Shown here: positions 9,422-18,826 of the stretch, piece after piece | Numbering within the stretch: the first letter of the stretch is position 1 | How the letters are laid out: each line of letters opens with the position of its first letter | Assembly: GCA_016867115.1 (NCBI GenBank) | Contig: VGKG01000001.1 | Location: 29,237-93,236 of the forward strand | From: Candidatus Omnitrophota bacterium | GTDB lineage: Bacteria; Omnitrophota; Gorgyraeia; Gygaellales; Profunditerraquicolaceae | Direction of reading: 5' to 3' | Length of the DNA stretch: 64,000 nt | Position numbers and translations under genes: made by a program | Notes under the pieces: model-generated | What the model was told of the DNA's origin: nothing | Seen by the model: the letters and a program-made list of their open reading frames with translations, nothing else | The model's database searches: none

Positions 9422-10150
9422 TCAGGGGAGAGGGCCGGGCGGGGATTCTTCTTTCCTGCCAAAGGGCGAGCCGTCTACGTGAAGCTCTATCGCCCTAAGC
9501 GAAAGCCTCCAGCAGAAAACAAGAAGACAGAGCATAAAAAGGATCCCCAGACCCGTATGAGAGAAGATAAAGAAGTCGAAGAGCCCGTGCAGCACGACGG
9601 CAAGGCCGACACCGGTGATGATATGCGTGCTTCTTGCGTCCTCATCGGAAGCGAACTTTGCCAGGCCCAGGTAATAACCCATGATCGCGCCGAAAAATGC
9701 GTGCGCCGGGACGCTGAGCATGGCGCGCATGACTCCCGTTGCCGTCGCAGCCAGGATCCCCAGGTTCAGATAGGCTCCCAGGACATACCCGATATTCTCA
9801 AAGGCCGCCAGGCCCAGGGAGACCATCACCGCATATACTATGCCGTCATAGGGCTCATCAAACTCGTCGTTGAAAAAGATGAGGAAATAAAAGACCAGGA
9901 ACTTGAAGAGCTCTTCTATCAGCCCGGCGACAAAAAAAGATTCCAGGAAGATCTTAAGTAGGTGCGACTCCACGGGGCGGATAAGGAAAGACATGATCAT
10001 TTCGGCGATCAATACGCTGATGCTGCCGAAAAACCCCCAGAGGAAGGCCTTGATCAGAAGCTGAAGCGGTTCTTTTTCGTATTTATCCTTATGATAGAAA
10101 TAGACTGCTAAGGCGATCGCAGGCGAGAGGGCAAGCAGTAAAAGATTCAT
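9422..10150 (-). CDS. PrsW-family intramembrane metalloprotease (putative), sitting where ftsZ is normally found after ftsA
   Basis: 242-aa polytopic membrane protein carrying the PrsW motifs: KYEKEPLQLL near the N-terminus, GLIEELFKF (EExxK), AFENIGY, HAFFGAIMGYY and LHGLFDFF. Confidence 0.6.
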   Translation of the reverse strand: MNLLLLALSPAIALAVYFYHKDKYEKEPLQLLIKAFLWGFFGSISVLIAEMIMSFLIRPVESHLLKIFLESFFVAGLIEELFKFLVFYFLIFFNDEFDEPYDGIVYAVMVSLGLAAFENIGYVLGAYLNLGILAATATGVMRAMLSVPAHAFFGAIMGYYLGLAKFASDEDARSTHIITGVGLAVVLHGLFDFFIFSHTGLGILFMLCLLVFCWRLSLRAIELHVDGSPFGRKEESPPGPLP

Positions 10151-10155
10151 CTCAG

Positions 10156-11418
10156 TTAAAAATATTCGTGGTAAACTTCCCTGACTCTCTGGATGGCTTT
10201 TTTCAGGGGATTCCCGCCGGCCTTGTGGATGTCTGAAACAAGGGAATCCTTATCCTCGATAGCCCTTAAGGCCATGCCAAGGCTTGTCAGATACGTCAGG
10301 TATTTTGAGCCGGAGAGCTCCGGGAGCCTGTTTTCTAACGCTACGGGCAGCGCGCTTGAGTCGCTGATGCGGCCAAGCCTGACCGGGATGTTCAGCGTAT
10401 TCTCAAGCAGCTCAATGAACCCTTCAAGAAGCACGCCGCGGCCGACGACCACAAAGTTATTCACTTCGTAAGTCGAGGCCTTCTTTTCAAGGGCTTCTTT
10501 TATCTGGAAAGAGATCTGTTTGGCTCCGGAAGTGAGTATTTCGCAGACGTCTTTCTGCCGGATCGGCCTGTAAAGATACTCCTTCTTTACCAGTATCTCC
10601 TTATCCTCTTTTATCTTCTGCGCTTCTCCGATTATGCCGTAGGAGCGCTTGATGTCTTCGGCGAGTTCCGCAGGGATCTTCAGGACTTCAGCTAACTGCA
10701 GGGTGAGATTAGCCGATCCCGCCGCAAGGATCTGGACATCCTTAAGTATGCCGTCCCTGAAAATGAGCATCTCCGTGATGTCACTCCCGATATCGCAGAA
10801 TATATTCAGGCCTGTCTTTAATTCTTTATCGAGGGCCGCCTTTGCTCCGGCCATCCCCGAGAGAGAAAGGCTCTTTATCTCGAAACCCGCCTGGGCGAAC
10901 GCGCGGCTGATGCTCTGGACCTGGGATAGTTTTGCCAGGACCAGATAGAGATCCACTTCCAGCCTGTGGCTGTAGAGGCCGACCGGATTAGAGATGTTGG
11001 ATTTGGAATCAATGGTGTAGCCGGAAGGAATCATATGAATGATCTCTTCTTCCAGGCTTGAGGCAAGGATGCGCGCCTGTTCGTTGACGCGCTGGACATC
11101 GAGCCCGGTGATCACTTTGTTGCCGCGCTCAGCCAGCGGAACGATCGCGCGGCTGTGCCTGGTGACGATCTCCTGGCCCGAGACATTGACATGGACGACT
11201 TTGATATTTACCCCGGATTTGGCCTTAAGGATCTTCACCAGCCGGTCTATAGCACTTACCAGCTCTATGGAATCGACTACCGCTCCCGCCTTTATGCCCT
11301 TTGCCAGCACCGAATCCAGAAAAAGCTCTTCGATGCGCTTCTTCCTGTATTTAGCCAGGCAGCCGGCGATCTTGCTTGTGCCGATATCGAGTGTACAGAC
11401 GTAGTTATCGTTTATCAT
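10156..11418 (-). CDS. ftsA: Cell division protein FtsA
   Basis: 420 aa, actin-like ATPase (LDIGTSKI at the N-terminus) with FtsA domain architecture; immediately downstream of ftsQ. Confidence 0.9.
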   Translation of the reverse strand: MINDNYVCTLDIGTSKIAGCLAKYRKKRIEELFLDSVLAKGIKAGAVVDSIELVSAIDRLVKILKAKSGVNIKVVHVNVSGQEIVTRHSRAIVPLAERGNKVITGLDVQRVNEQARILASSLEEEIIHMIPSGYTIDSKSNISNPVGLYSHRLEVDLYLVLAKLSQVQSISRAFAQAGFEIKSLSLSGMAGAKAALDKELKTGLNIFCDIGSDITEMLIFRDGILKDVQILAAGSANLTLQLAEVLKIPAELAEDIKRSYGIIGEAQKIKEDKEILVKKEYLYRPIRQKDVCEILTSGAKQISFQIKEALEKKASTYEVNNFVVVGRGVLLEGFIELLENTLNIPVRLGRISDSSALPVALENRLPELSGSKYLTYLTSLGMALRAIEDKDSLVSDIHKAGGNPLKKAIQRVREVYHEYF

Positions 11419-12187
11419 CCCTGTTCTTTATTGTAGGGTCTTTAAAGCGCAGGTCAATATATTTTATGTTCTCCAGTTCCTGCTTATAGGCGATAAAAAG
11501 GCCGCCCAGAAAAACCACCCTCTCCTTGAGGTTCTGTCCGCTTAATTTCACCTCCAGGTCATCCGGAGCAAAGCCTGCGGAGGGAGGCTGGCCCTGAACC
11601 GGGATGGAGATGAATAACGCTATGCTCTCCGGATTATCCACGTCAATCTTCCTTATCCGGTACTCTTTAAAGACATTGTTCCTGCGCATCTCCCTGATCA
11701 GGCTTAAGGCAAGCAGCAGTTCGCGGTTCGTATATTTTGCCCCGGGCACGGGCGAAGAGATCTTTCTTTCAAGCCCGGTGATCACCGGCAGCGTCCCGTC
11801 CTGAGGCAGGAGCGCGCTGTTAAAAAGGACGGCGTTTGCATCCACTGCCAGATACCGGTTAAGCCTCACCAGCGCAAGGGGTATGCGCCTGATGAAATCC
11901 ACGAAGACCTTATCCGGCAGGAGCCTGATGAACCTGACTTCACTGCAGTCAGGCTTCTGCCGCAGGAAATAACGCGCCTCTCTTTTTAGGTCGACGCCGA
12001 AGATATTCCTTCCCTTAAGATAGCTAAGGTCCACTCCCGGCTCTTTGGTAAAGACCTCCCTGATCTTAAAATATTGGGCGTGCGTAAAAAATCTTAAGGC
12101 AAACCACGTGCCTGCCGACAGGGCCAGCAGCGCTATGACTAAAAGTACGGCTATTTTAACCGGAAACTCCGGCTTTCTTTTTTTCAT
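11405..12187 (-). CDS. ftsQ: Cell division protein FtsQ/DivIB
   Basis: 260 aa with an N-terminal TM helix and POTRA-like region; sits between ddl and ftsA. Confidence 0.8.
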   Translation of the reverse strand: MKKRKPEFPVKIAVLLVIALLALSAGTWFALRFFTHAQYFKIREVFTKEPGVDLSYLKGRNIFGVDLKREARYFLRQKPDCSEVRFIRLLPDKVFVDFIRRIPLALVRLNRYLAVDANAVLFNSALLPQDGTLPVITGLERKISSPVPGAKYTNRELLLALSLIREMRRNNVFKEYRIRKIDVDNPESIALFISIPVQGQPPSAGFAPDDLEVKLSGQNLKERVVFLGGLFIAYKQELENIKYIDLRFKDPTIKNRDDKR

Positions 12188-13136
12188 ATGCGATGGCTAA
12201 AAGGCGCAGGCAAAGCCCGCCGAAATCTATTCCCGTGACCTTGGCCGCCTTCGGCAGGAGGCTGGTGGAAGTCATCCCGGGGATAGTGTTAATCTCCAAG
12301 ATATAGGGGACGGAATCGCCGCTTAAGATTATGTCTACGCGCGAACAGCCGAAACAACCAAGCAGCTTATGCGCATGAAGCGCTGCCTCCTGTGCTCTTT
12401 CCGCGTCCTTGTCGCTTAGCTTCGCCGGGACGACATATTCGGTCATCCCTGCCTGGTACTTGGCCTGAAAATCAAAGAACCCGGTCTTAGGGATAATCTC
12501 GATCACCGGAAGGGCCTTTTCTTCAAGGATCCCCACGGTCAGCTCTCTTCCGGAGATATACTCCTGGACAACAGCGCGCCCGTCATAAATAAAGGCCTCA
12601 TCCAGGGCCTGAGGCAGGTCCTCTCTTTTTTCGACGATAGAGAGCCCGATACTTGAGCCATGAGTGGCCGGCTTGATCACTAAAGGCAGTCTCAGGCCGC
12701 TGTTAAATCCCGGCCGCTTATTTTTTTCCACCACTTCAAAGCGGGGAACATCAAGCCCTGCGCGGCGAAAAATCTCTAAAGAAGCGATCTTATCCATGGC
12801 CAATCTGCTTGCCTTGACCCCCGAACCGGTATAAGGAAGGCCCAGCGACTCAAGTATCTCCTGGATCGCGCCGTCTTCGCCGAAACGGCCGTGCAGGGCC
12901 AGGAATGCGCAGTTGATCCCGTGATCCCTTAGCAACCTCTTATTTGATTCGGGGTCTTCGCTTTTAATATCGATACCCGTGACATCCAGCCCCAGGCCCT
13001 TCAGCGCCTCCTCTACCGCATGCCCGCTCTTAAGAGAGATCTCCCGCTCCGAAGAAGGCCCGCCCATCAAGACGCCGATCCTGCCAAAATCGGTTCTTTG
13101 GTTCTTTGGTTCTTTGGTTATTCGGTTTATTTCCAT
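12156..13136 (-). CDS. ddl: D-alanine--D-alanine ligase
   Basis: 326 aa with GVLMGGPSSEREISLKSG and an ATP-grasp core. A short N-terminal extension is encoded by an 8-nt tandem repeat. Confidence 0.88.
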   Translation of the reverse strand: MEINRITKEPKNQRTDFGRIGVLMGGPSSEREISLKSGHAVEEALKGLGLDVTGIDIKSEDPESNKRLLRDHGINCAFLALHGRFGEDGAIQEILESLGLPYTGSGVKASRLAMDKIASLEIFRRAGLDVPRFEVVEKNKRPGFNSGLRLPLVIKPATHGSSIGLSIVEKREDLPQALDEAFIYDGRAVVQEYISGRELTVGILEEKALPVIEIIPKTGFFDFQAKYQAGMTEYVVPAKLSDKDAERAQEAALHAHKLLGCFGCSRVDIILSGDSVPYILEINTIPGMTSTSLLPKAAKVTGIDFGGLCLRLLAIAYEKKKAGVSG

Positions 13137-14008
13137 ATTTTTATTTCCGGCTCCAGAACGATACCGAACTTATTCTTTACCTGTCTTCTGACTGAATTCA
13201 TCAGTTTAACTACGTCGCAGGAACTGGCGTTTCCGCAATTCAAAATAAAATTAGCATGCCTCCTGGATACCTGCGCCCGACCTATCCTCCTGCCTTTGAG
13301 ACCGCATAAATCGATCAGTCTCCCGGCGGAGCTATCTTCGGGGTTCTTGAAAATACAGCCGGCGTTGGGCAGAGCCGCATCCTGGGTACTGCGGCGCTTT
13401 CTCAGGTAATCCTGTTCGTCCTTTCTGATCACTGCTCTATCTTTCCTGGTGAGGCCAAGGGTCGCGCCGAGGATGACGTAATCGCTTAAACCCGAACTGC
13501 GGTAGCCGTAACGGATACCCTTTTTATTCAAATTTTTTATCCTGCCATTATAATCCATAACCTCGCAACTTTCCACTAAATCCATTATGCTCTTTCCGAA
13601 GCATCCGGCATTCATGGCTAAGGCTCCGCCCAGCGAACCCGGGATCCCGGATAAGAACTCAAGCCCGGATAAACCAAGAGCCCCGGCTTTGCGGATCAGC
13701 CGGCTAAGCATGATGCCGCTGCCTGCCTCTAAATCCGTTCCCGAAGGGCAGGACCTGTTAAAAAAAGGGGAGTCCAGCTTGATCACCAGGGCCTTCAGCC
13801 CTTTATCACTGACCAGGATATTACTTCCCGCTCCCAGGACATAGACCGGCAGCCGGTGCTTCTTTGCCGCCCTCACCAGTAAAGACAATTCTACGGCGTC
13901 TTTTGGGCAGGCAAACCACCTGGCCCTGCCGCCGATGCGAAAAGTCGTCTTTGACCTTAAGGGCGCGTTTGACTCAACCCTGACTTTTAAGCCTTTCTGC
14001 CAGTTCAT
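13127..14008 (-). CDS. murB: UDP-N-acetylenolpyruvoylglucosamine reductase
   Basis: 293 aa with an FAD-binding domain (RIGGRA...LGAGSN) and MurB C-terminal domain. Confidence 0.88.
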   Translation of the reverse strand: MNWQKGLKVRVESNAPLRSKTTFRIGGRARWFACPKDAVELSLLVRAAKKHRLPVYVLGAGSNILVSDKGLKALVIKLDSPFFNRSCPSGTDLEAGSGIMLSRLIRKAGALGLSGLEFLSGIPGSLGGALAMNAGCFGKSIMDLVESCEVMDYNGRIKNLNKKGIRYGYRSSGLSDYVILGATLGLTRKDRAVIRKDEQDYLRKRRSTQDAALPNAGCIFKNPEDSSAGRLIDLCGLKGRRIGRAQVSRRHANFILNCGNASSCDVVKLMNSVRRQVKNKFGIVLEPEIKIWK

Positions 14009-15350
14009 CGCTTACCTTGACAATATCGCCTGCTCCCAGAGTGATGACCAGGTCTTCATTCTTTAAGATATTAAGGATGTGGCCGGAGATCTCTTCCTTA
14101 GCCAGATACACCACCTCTTTGGCGGGATCAAACGCTTTGATCTTATCCGCAAGGGCCCTTGCGTGTACACCTTTGATCGCCGGCTCGCTTGCCGCGTAGA
14201 TATCCGTGATCACCACGTAATCCGCCAGCCCGAAACTGCGGCTGAAATCATCCATCAAAAGGTGCGTGCGGGTAAAACGGTGGGGCTGGAATACCGCAAT
14301 CATACGGCCGCGCCCCAGCCTCCTGGCTGCATTCAGGGTAGCCTTTATCTCCGTGGGATGATGCGCGTAATCGTCGATCAGAAGCAGGCCGTTATTTTTG
14401 AACTTTACTTCAAGGCGCCTGCCTGCCCCCCGGTATTCGGCAAGCGCCGCCTTGATCGCCTCAAGGTCTATCCCCAGTTCAAGGCCGACGCCCACAACAG
14501 CCAGCGCATTAGAAATATTGTGCTCTCCCGCGAGCGCAAGCCTGAATCTGGCGATGAACTTATTCCTGAGGAAACAATCGAACTCGGAACTCAAGCCTTC
14601 TATCTTTATATTATCCGGATAGATGTCCGAGCCGTGTTTTAATCCGAAAAGCAGGTATCTGTCCTTGTAGTCTGCGAGGATCTTCCTTACATTCGCATCG
14701 TCACCGCAGCCGAAGACTACGCCCCCCTCCTGCGTGCGCTCCAGGAACTTCCGGAAGGCGGCGACCTCCGAGTCAAAATCTTTATAATAATCCAGGTGCT
14801 CCCGGTCGATATTGGTGATACAGGAGTATTTCGGGCGGTAATAGAGGAACGATCCGTCGGACTCATCCGCCTCGGCGACAAAGAACGCACCGTTACCCAT
14901 GCAGGCGTTAGTGTCTATATTCTTCAGTATCCCGCCGACGGCGACAGTAGGATTGAGCCCCGCCCTTATCAGCATATAAGAGATCAGGGAGGTGGTGGTC
15001 GTCTTTCCGTGGCTGCCGGTGACCGTGATCACTGACTTCTCCTGCATCAGCTGCGCCAGCGCCTCCGCCCTCTTGATCAGGGGCAAGTTAAGTTTCCTGG
15101 CCCGGATGATCTCGGGATTATCCTCTTTGATCGCGGAGGAATAGATCACCAGGTTTGCATCCCCGATGTTTTCCTGGCGGTGGCCAAGGTATATGTCCGC
15201 GCCGAGAGCCTTGAGCTCTCCGGTGACCCTCGTCTCCTTTATGTCCGAGCCGCTCACCTTCACCCCGCAGGCAAGGAGGAGCCGCGCAATCCCGCTCATG
15301 CCGATACCGCCGATGCCGATCAGAAAATAATGTTTTTTCATGTCTATCAA
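13974..15350 (-). CDS. murC: UDP-N-acetylmuramate--L-alanine ligase
   Basis: 458 aa, Mur ligase with P-loop GSHGKTTTT; position in the dcw cluster. Confidence 0.9.
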   Translation of the reverse strand: MIDMKKHYFLIGIGGIGMSGIARLLLACGVKVSGSDIKETRVTGELKALGADIYLGHRQENIGDANLVIYSSAIKEDNPEIIRARKLNLPLIKRAEALAQLMQEKSVITVTGSHGKTTTTSLISYMLIRAGLNPTVAVGGILKNIDTNACMGNGAFFVAEADESDGSFLYYRPKYSCITNIDREHLDYYKDFDSEVAAFRKFLERTQEGGVVFGCGDDANVRKILADYKDRYLLFGLKHGSDIYPDNIKIEGLSSEFDCFLRNKFIARFRLALAGEHNISNALAVVGVGLELGIDLEAIKAALAEYRGAGRRLEVKFKNNGLLLIDDYAHHPTEIKATLNAARRLGRGRMIAVFQPHRFTRTHLLMDDFSRSFGLADYVVITDIYAASEPAIKGVHARALADKIKAFDPAKEVVYLAKEEISGHILNILKNEDLVITLGAGDIVKVSDELAERLKSQG

Positions 15351-16459
15351 TACCGGGCCAGCGCGATAGCCGCATTGGCTAACCTGACGCCGGAGTCTTC
15401 TATCTTCATGCCGCGATAACCTGAACGCATACTGCTAAGCGCCTGCCGGTCATCCAGAAAACCTTTCAGTTTCTCGGCAAGTATCTCCTTATCGAGGTCT
15501 GCGTCATTGATTATGCAGGCGCACCCCTTCTTCTCAAGGATGCGGGCGTTGTTCAACTGATGCTGATAGGCGTAAGGGTAGGGAATGAGGATAGCGGGGA
15601 GCGCAAATTGCATGATCTCGGTGACGGTGATCGCCCCCGAACGCGATAGGACCAGGTCGCTTGCGCTGTAGGCGTAATGCACGGGCTTAAGGAAATCGAA
15701 TACCTTGGCCGAAATGTTCAGGCCGCGGTAACTTTCCCTTACTTTCAGATAATCCTCTCTTCCGCTTAGATGGATGATCTGGAACCTGTCTTTTTGCGGG
15801 ATAGATGAGACCGCCGCAAGCAGGCCCTGATTGATGCTGCGGCTCCCCTGGCTTCCGCCCATGACCAGAAGCGTGAACTTATCCGGTTCAAGGCCGAGGA
15901 AACTAAGGGCCTCATTTTTTTCCACTCTTTTTAATTCCCGGCGGACGGGATTTCCCGTAAAAATGAGTTTATCGGGATCGATCCTTATGAAATCGCGCGT
16001 CTGGTCAAAAGAAATCGCCACCCGGTCGGCAAAGCGCATGAGCAGCCGGTTAGCCCTTCCCGGATGGACATTCTGTTCATGGATCATGGTCCTGATGCGA
16101 AAGAGCCAGGCAAAGACCAATAGCGGCACGCTGTTAATGCCGCCAAACCCCACGACCAGGTCGGGCCGGAATCCGGCCAGGAGCAGGAAGCTCATTAATG
16201 TCCCCTTAAAAAATTTAAAAAGCGCGCCGATATTCTTCCGGTTGAGCTTCGGTTTTATCGAGCATATCGGCAGATACTCTACGCGGTAGGCCTCAAGGTT
16301 TATTTTATCCTTAAGGCAGCTTGCCGGAAGGACAAGGAGCGCATCCAGGTCCTTCTCTTTTTCCCTGAGGGCCTCCAGAAAGCTCAGGGCCGGAAAGATG
16401 TGGCCTCCGCTTTCGCCGGTTGCGACGATGATCTTCAATGGCCTGTGCCTGGCGGTCAT
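15347..16459 (-). CDS. murG: UDP-GlcNAc:undecaprenyl-PP-MurNAc-pentapeptide GlcNAc transferase
   Basis: 370 aa, GT28 family, with N-terminus IVATGESGGHIFPAL. Confidence 0.9.
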   Translation of the reverse strand: MTARHRPLKIIVATGESGGHIFPALSFLEALREKEKDLDALLVLPASCLKDKINLEAYRVEYLPICSIKPKLNRKNIGALFKFFKGTLMSFLLLAGFRPDLVVGFGGINSVPLLVFAWLFRIRTMIHEQNVHPGRANRLLMRFADRVAISFDQTRDFIRIDPDKLIFTGNPVRRELKRVEKNEALSFLGLEPDKFTLLVMGGSQGSRSINQGLLAAVSSIPQKDRFQIIHLSGREDYLKVRESYRGLNISAKVFDFLKPVHYAYSASDLVLSRSGAITVTEIMQFALPAILIPYPYAYQHQLNNARILEKKGCACIINDADLDKEILAEKLKGFLDDRQALSSMRSGYRGMKIEDSGVRLANAAIALARY

Positions 16460-16460
16460 T

Positions 16461-17555
16461 CTACGGATATTCTCCTGTGCGGGCGATATTGATCAGAAAC
16501 CCCACGCTGATCAGGTCAAAGATAAATGACGAGCCGCCGTAGCTGATAAAGGGCAGCGGCAGGCCCTTTGTCGGGAGCATCCCGCAGGAGACCCCGATAT
16601 TGATCACAGCCTTCAATGCGATCATCAACACAAGGCCCAGAGCCAGAAAATAACTGAACTTGTCCGGCGCGTTCTTGATGATCTTTAATCCCTGCAGGAT
16701 GAAGACGATAAAAAGGATGACTACGGCGGTCGTACCGATCAGGCCCAGCTCCTCTCCGATGATGGAGAAGATGAAATCGGTGTGCCCCGCAGGAAGATAA
16801 AACAGCTTCTGCCGTGAATGGCCCAGCCCCACGCCGAAGAGCCCGCCTGAACCCAGGGCGATCTGCGACTGGATGATCTGAAAACCGCTTCCCCGCGGGT
16901 CAGCCCAGGGATTCAAGAAAGCCAGGATCCGCGCCCGGCGGTAAGGTACGCGGAAGATCAACAGGTACAGCGCAGGCAGGCTCCCCAAGACCACAGAGCC
17001 CAGATACGCCGTCCTTGTGCCGGCTACAAAGAGCATGATGAAAACTACGCTGCCGATAGCTATCGTCGTGCCCAGGTCCGGCTGCATCAGGATCAGGAGG
17101 CAGGTGCATCCGAGGACCGCTACCGGAGGGAGGAACCCTTTGAGAAAATCCCTCATCCGCTCGCCCCTGCGGCTGATAAAATCCGCGACATAGACGATCA
17201 CCGCAAGGTTAGCCAGCTCCGACGGCTGGAAACTGATGAACTTGAAACGGAACCATCGCCGCGCGCCGGAGACCTCCCTTCCTATACCCGGGATCAGGAC
17301 CAATACCAGCAGCAGAAGCGAGACCATAAGCAGGGGCTTGGCATAGCGGCGCAGTTTCTGATAATCGACGGTCATGGCCGCAAACATAAGCAGGATGCCG
17401 ATGGCCAGAAAACTTAAGTGCCGCTTCAGGAAGAACAGGGAATCCTTGTATCTCTCCCAGGCATAGATGCTGGAAGCGCTGTAGATCATCACGATACCGA
17501 TACAGACCAAAATGACAGTGACGGTAAAAATATTTATGCGGGTCTCTCTGATCAT
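16461..17555 (-). CDS. ftsW: Peptidoglycan glycosyltransferase FtsW (SEDS family)
   Basis: 364-aa polytopic SEDS protein lying between murD and murG. Confidence 0.88.
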   Translation of the reverse strand: MIRETRINIFTVTVILVCIGIVMIYSASSIYAWERYKDSLFFLKRHLSFLAIGILLMFAAMTVDYQKLRRYAKPLLMVSLLLLVLVLIPGIGREVSGARRWFRFKFISFQPSELANLAVIVYVADFISRRGERMRDFLKGFLPPVAVLGCTCLLILMQPDLGTTIAIGSVVFIMLFVAGTRTAYLGSVVLGSLPALYLLIFRVPYRRARILAFLNPWADPRGSGFQIIQSQIALGSGGLFGVGLGHSRQKLFYLPAGHTDFIFSIIGEELGLIGTTAVVILFIVFILQGLKIIKNAPDKFSYFLALGLVLMIALKAVINIGVSCGMLPTKGLPLPFISYGGSSFIFDLISVGFLINIARTGEYP

Positions 17556-18826
17556 CTCTTGCTCACGGAATCAGCCAACGCCAGGACCGCCTGCCTAAAA
17601 GCCTCTCCCCTCTCTTCGTAATCAGAGAACATATCGAAACTTGAACACATCGGCGAAAGCAGGACCGTATCTCCGGGAGAAGCCAGGGAATATGCCCTTG
17701 AAACTGCCGCCTGCATATCTTCGGCGTCTTCTAACGGCAGGGCGCCTGAGAGGGCACGGCGGATCTTGTCTTTGGCCTCTCCGATCAGGACCGCGTACTT
17801 CACCTTTTTTCCGGCGGCCCCCAGGATCATGCTGTAGTCTACGCCCTTATCCCTACCCCCTGCGATCAGGACTACGCCGGAGGGGATATTCTTGATCGCC
17901 CAGGCCGTGGATTCGGCGACCGTGGCCTTGGAATCATTGACGAACTTGACATCGTTCAATGTAGCAACGTACTCCATCCTGTGCTTCAACCCTTTGAAAT
18001 CAGCGAAGACTTTCCGGCAGATTCCGCTATCTATCCCGATGATACCCGCCACGCTGGCCACCGCTGCCTGGTTGGGATTAAAAGATGCATTCTCACTGAA
18101 ATAGACGACTTTTGATCTTGCCTGGCGCGATAGCCCTTTCAAGGCAGGATCGCGTTCATTCAGGACCAGATAATCCGCAGCATCCTGATTCATAAAGATG
18201 CGCATCTTTGCCTCGAGGTATTCCTGCATATCCTTGTGCCGGTCAAGGTGATTGCGGTTAAAATTGAGCATCAGTGCGATCTTCGGCTTAAAAGCGGCGA
18301 TGCGTTCAAGCTGGAAGGAACTTGCCTCAAGCACCGCGTAATCGCCTGTTTGCATCTTCGGGACTTCCTGGGCAAAAGGCGTACCGATATTACCGCAGAC
18401 ATATGCTCTCCTGCCGCCTGTCTTAAGCACCTCGCCGATCAGGGTAGTCACGGTAGTCTTTCCGGTAGAACCCGTCACCGCGATCACCTCTGCCGGGCAG
18501 AGCATCCAGGCAAACTCTATCTCGCTGATCACCGGTATCGACTCTTCTTCTGCCCGGGCGATCACCGGGCTGTTGTTCGCAACACCCGGAGATACAATCA
18601 AAAGGTCTGCCCCGCGGATAAAATCCCGGGTGTGCCCGCCGACCTCGCTGGCAATGCTTTTTGACTTAAGGCGGGCGATGTTTCTGCGGATTGCCTCATT
18701 ATCCTGATTATCGCTGATGCGCACCCTCGCGCCAAGATCAAATAACAGGTTTGCGCAGGCAAGTCCTGAGCGCGCAAGACCTACTACCGTAACTGACTTA
18801 TCCTTGAAATATCCCGGATTTCTCAT
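17552..18826 (-). CDS. murD: UDP-N-acetylmuramoylalanine--D-glutamate ligase
   Basis: 424 aa, Mur ligase (GSTGKTTVT) with an N-terminal Rossmann fold VVGLARSG. Confidence 0.9.
   Translation of the reverse strand: MRNPGYFKDKSVTVVGLARSGLACANLLFDLGARVRISDNQDNEAIRRNIARLKSKSIASEVGGHTRDFIRGADLLIVSPGVANNSPVIARAEEESIPVISEIEFAWMLCPAEVIAVTGSTGKTTVTTLIGEVLKTGGRRAYVCGNIGTPFAQEVPKMQTGDYAVLEASSFQLERIAAFKPKIALMLNFNRNHLDRHKDMQEYLEAKMRIFMNQDAADYLVLNERDPALKGLSRQARSKVVYFSENASFNPNQAAVASVAGIIGIDSGICRKVFADFKGLKHRMEYVATLNDVKFVNDSKATVAESTAWAIKNIPSGVVLIAGGRDKGVDYSMILGAAGKKVKYAVLIGEAKDKIRRALSGALPLEDAEDMQAAVSRAYSLASPGDTVLLSPMCSSFDMFSDYEERGEAFRQAVLALADSVSKR

Noticed and set aside
9422-11418. Concluding that the organism lacks FtsZ
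   Set aside because: Only a 64-kb window is available. ftsZ may be encoded elsewhere, so only its absence from the canonical post-ftsA position is reported.
8809-13131. Short tandem repeats as a possible CRISPR or minisatellite array
   Set aside because: The units are 7-8 nt with 3-5 copies and no spacers, and they lie inside coding sequence. They are not CRISPR arrays; they are reported as in-frame coding repeats instead.
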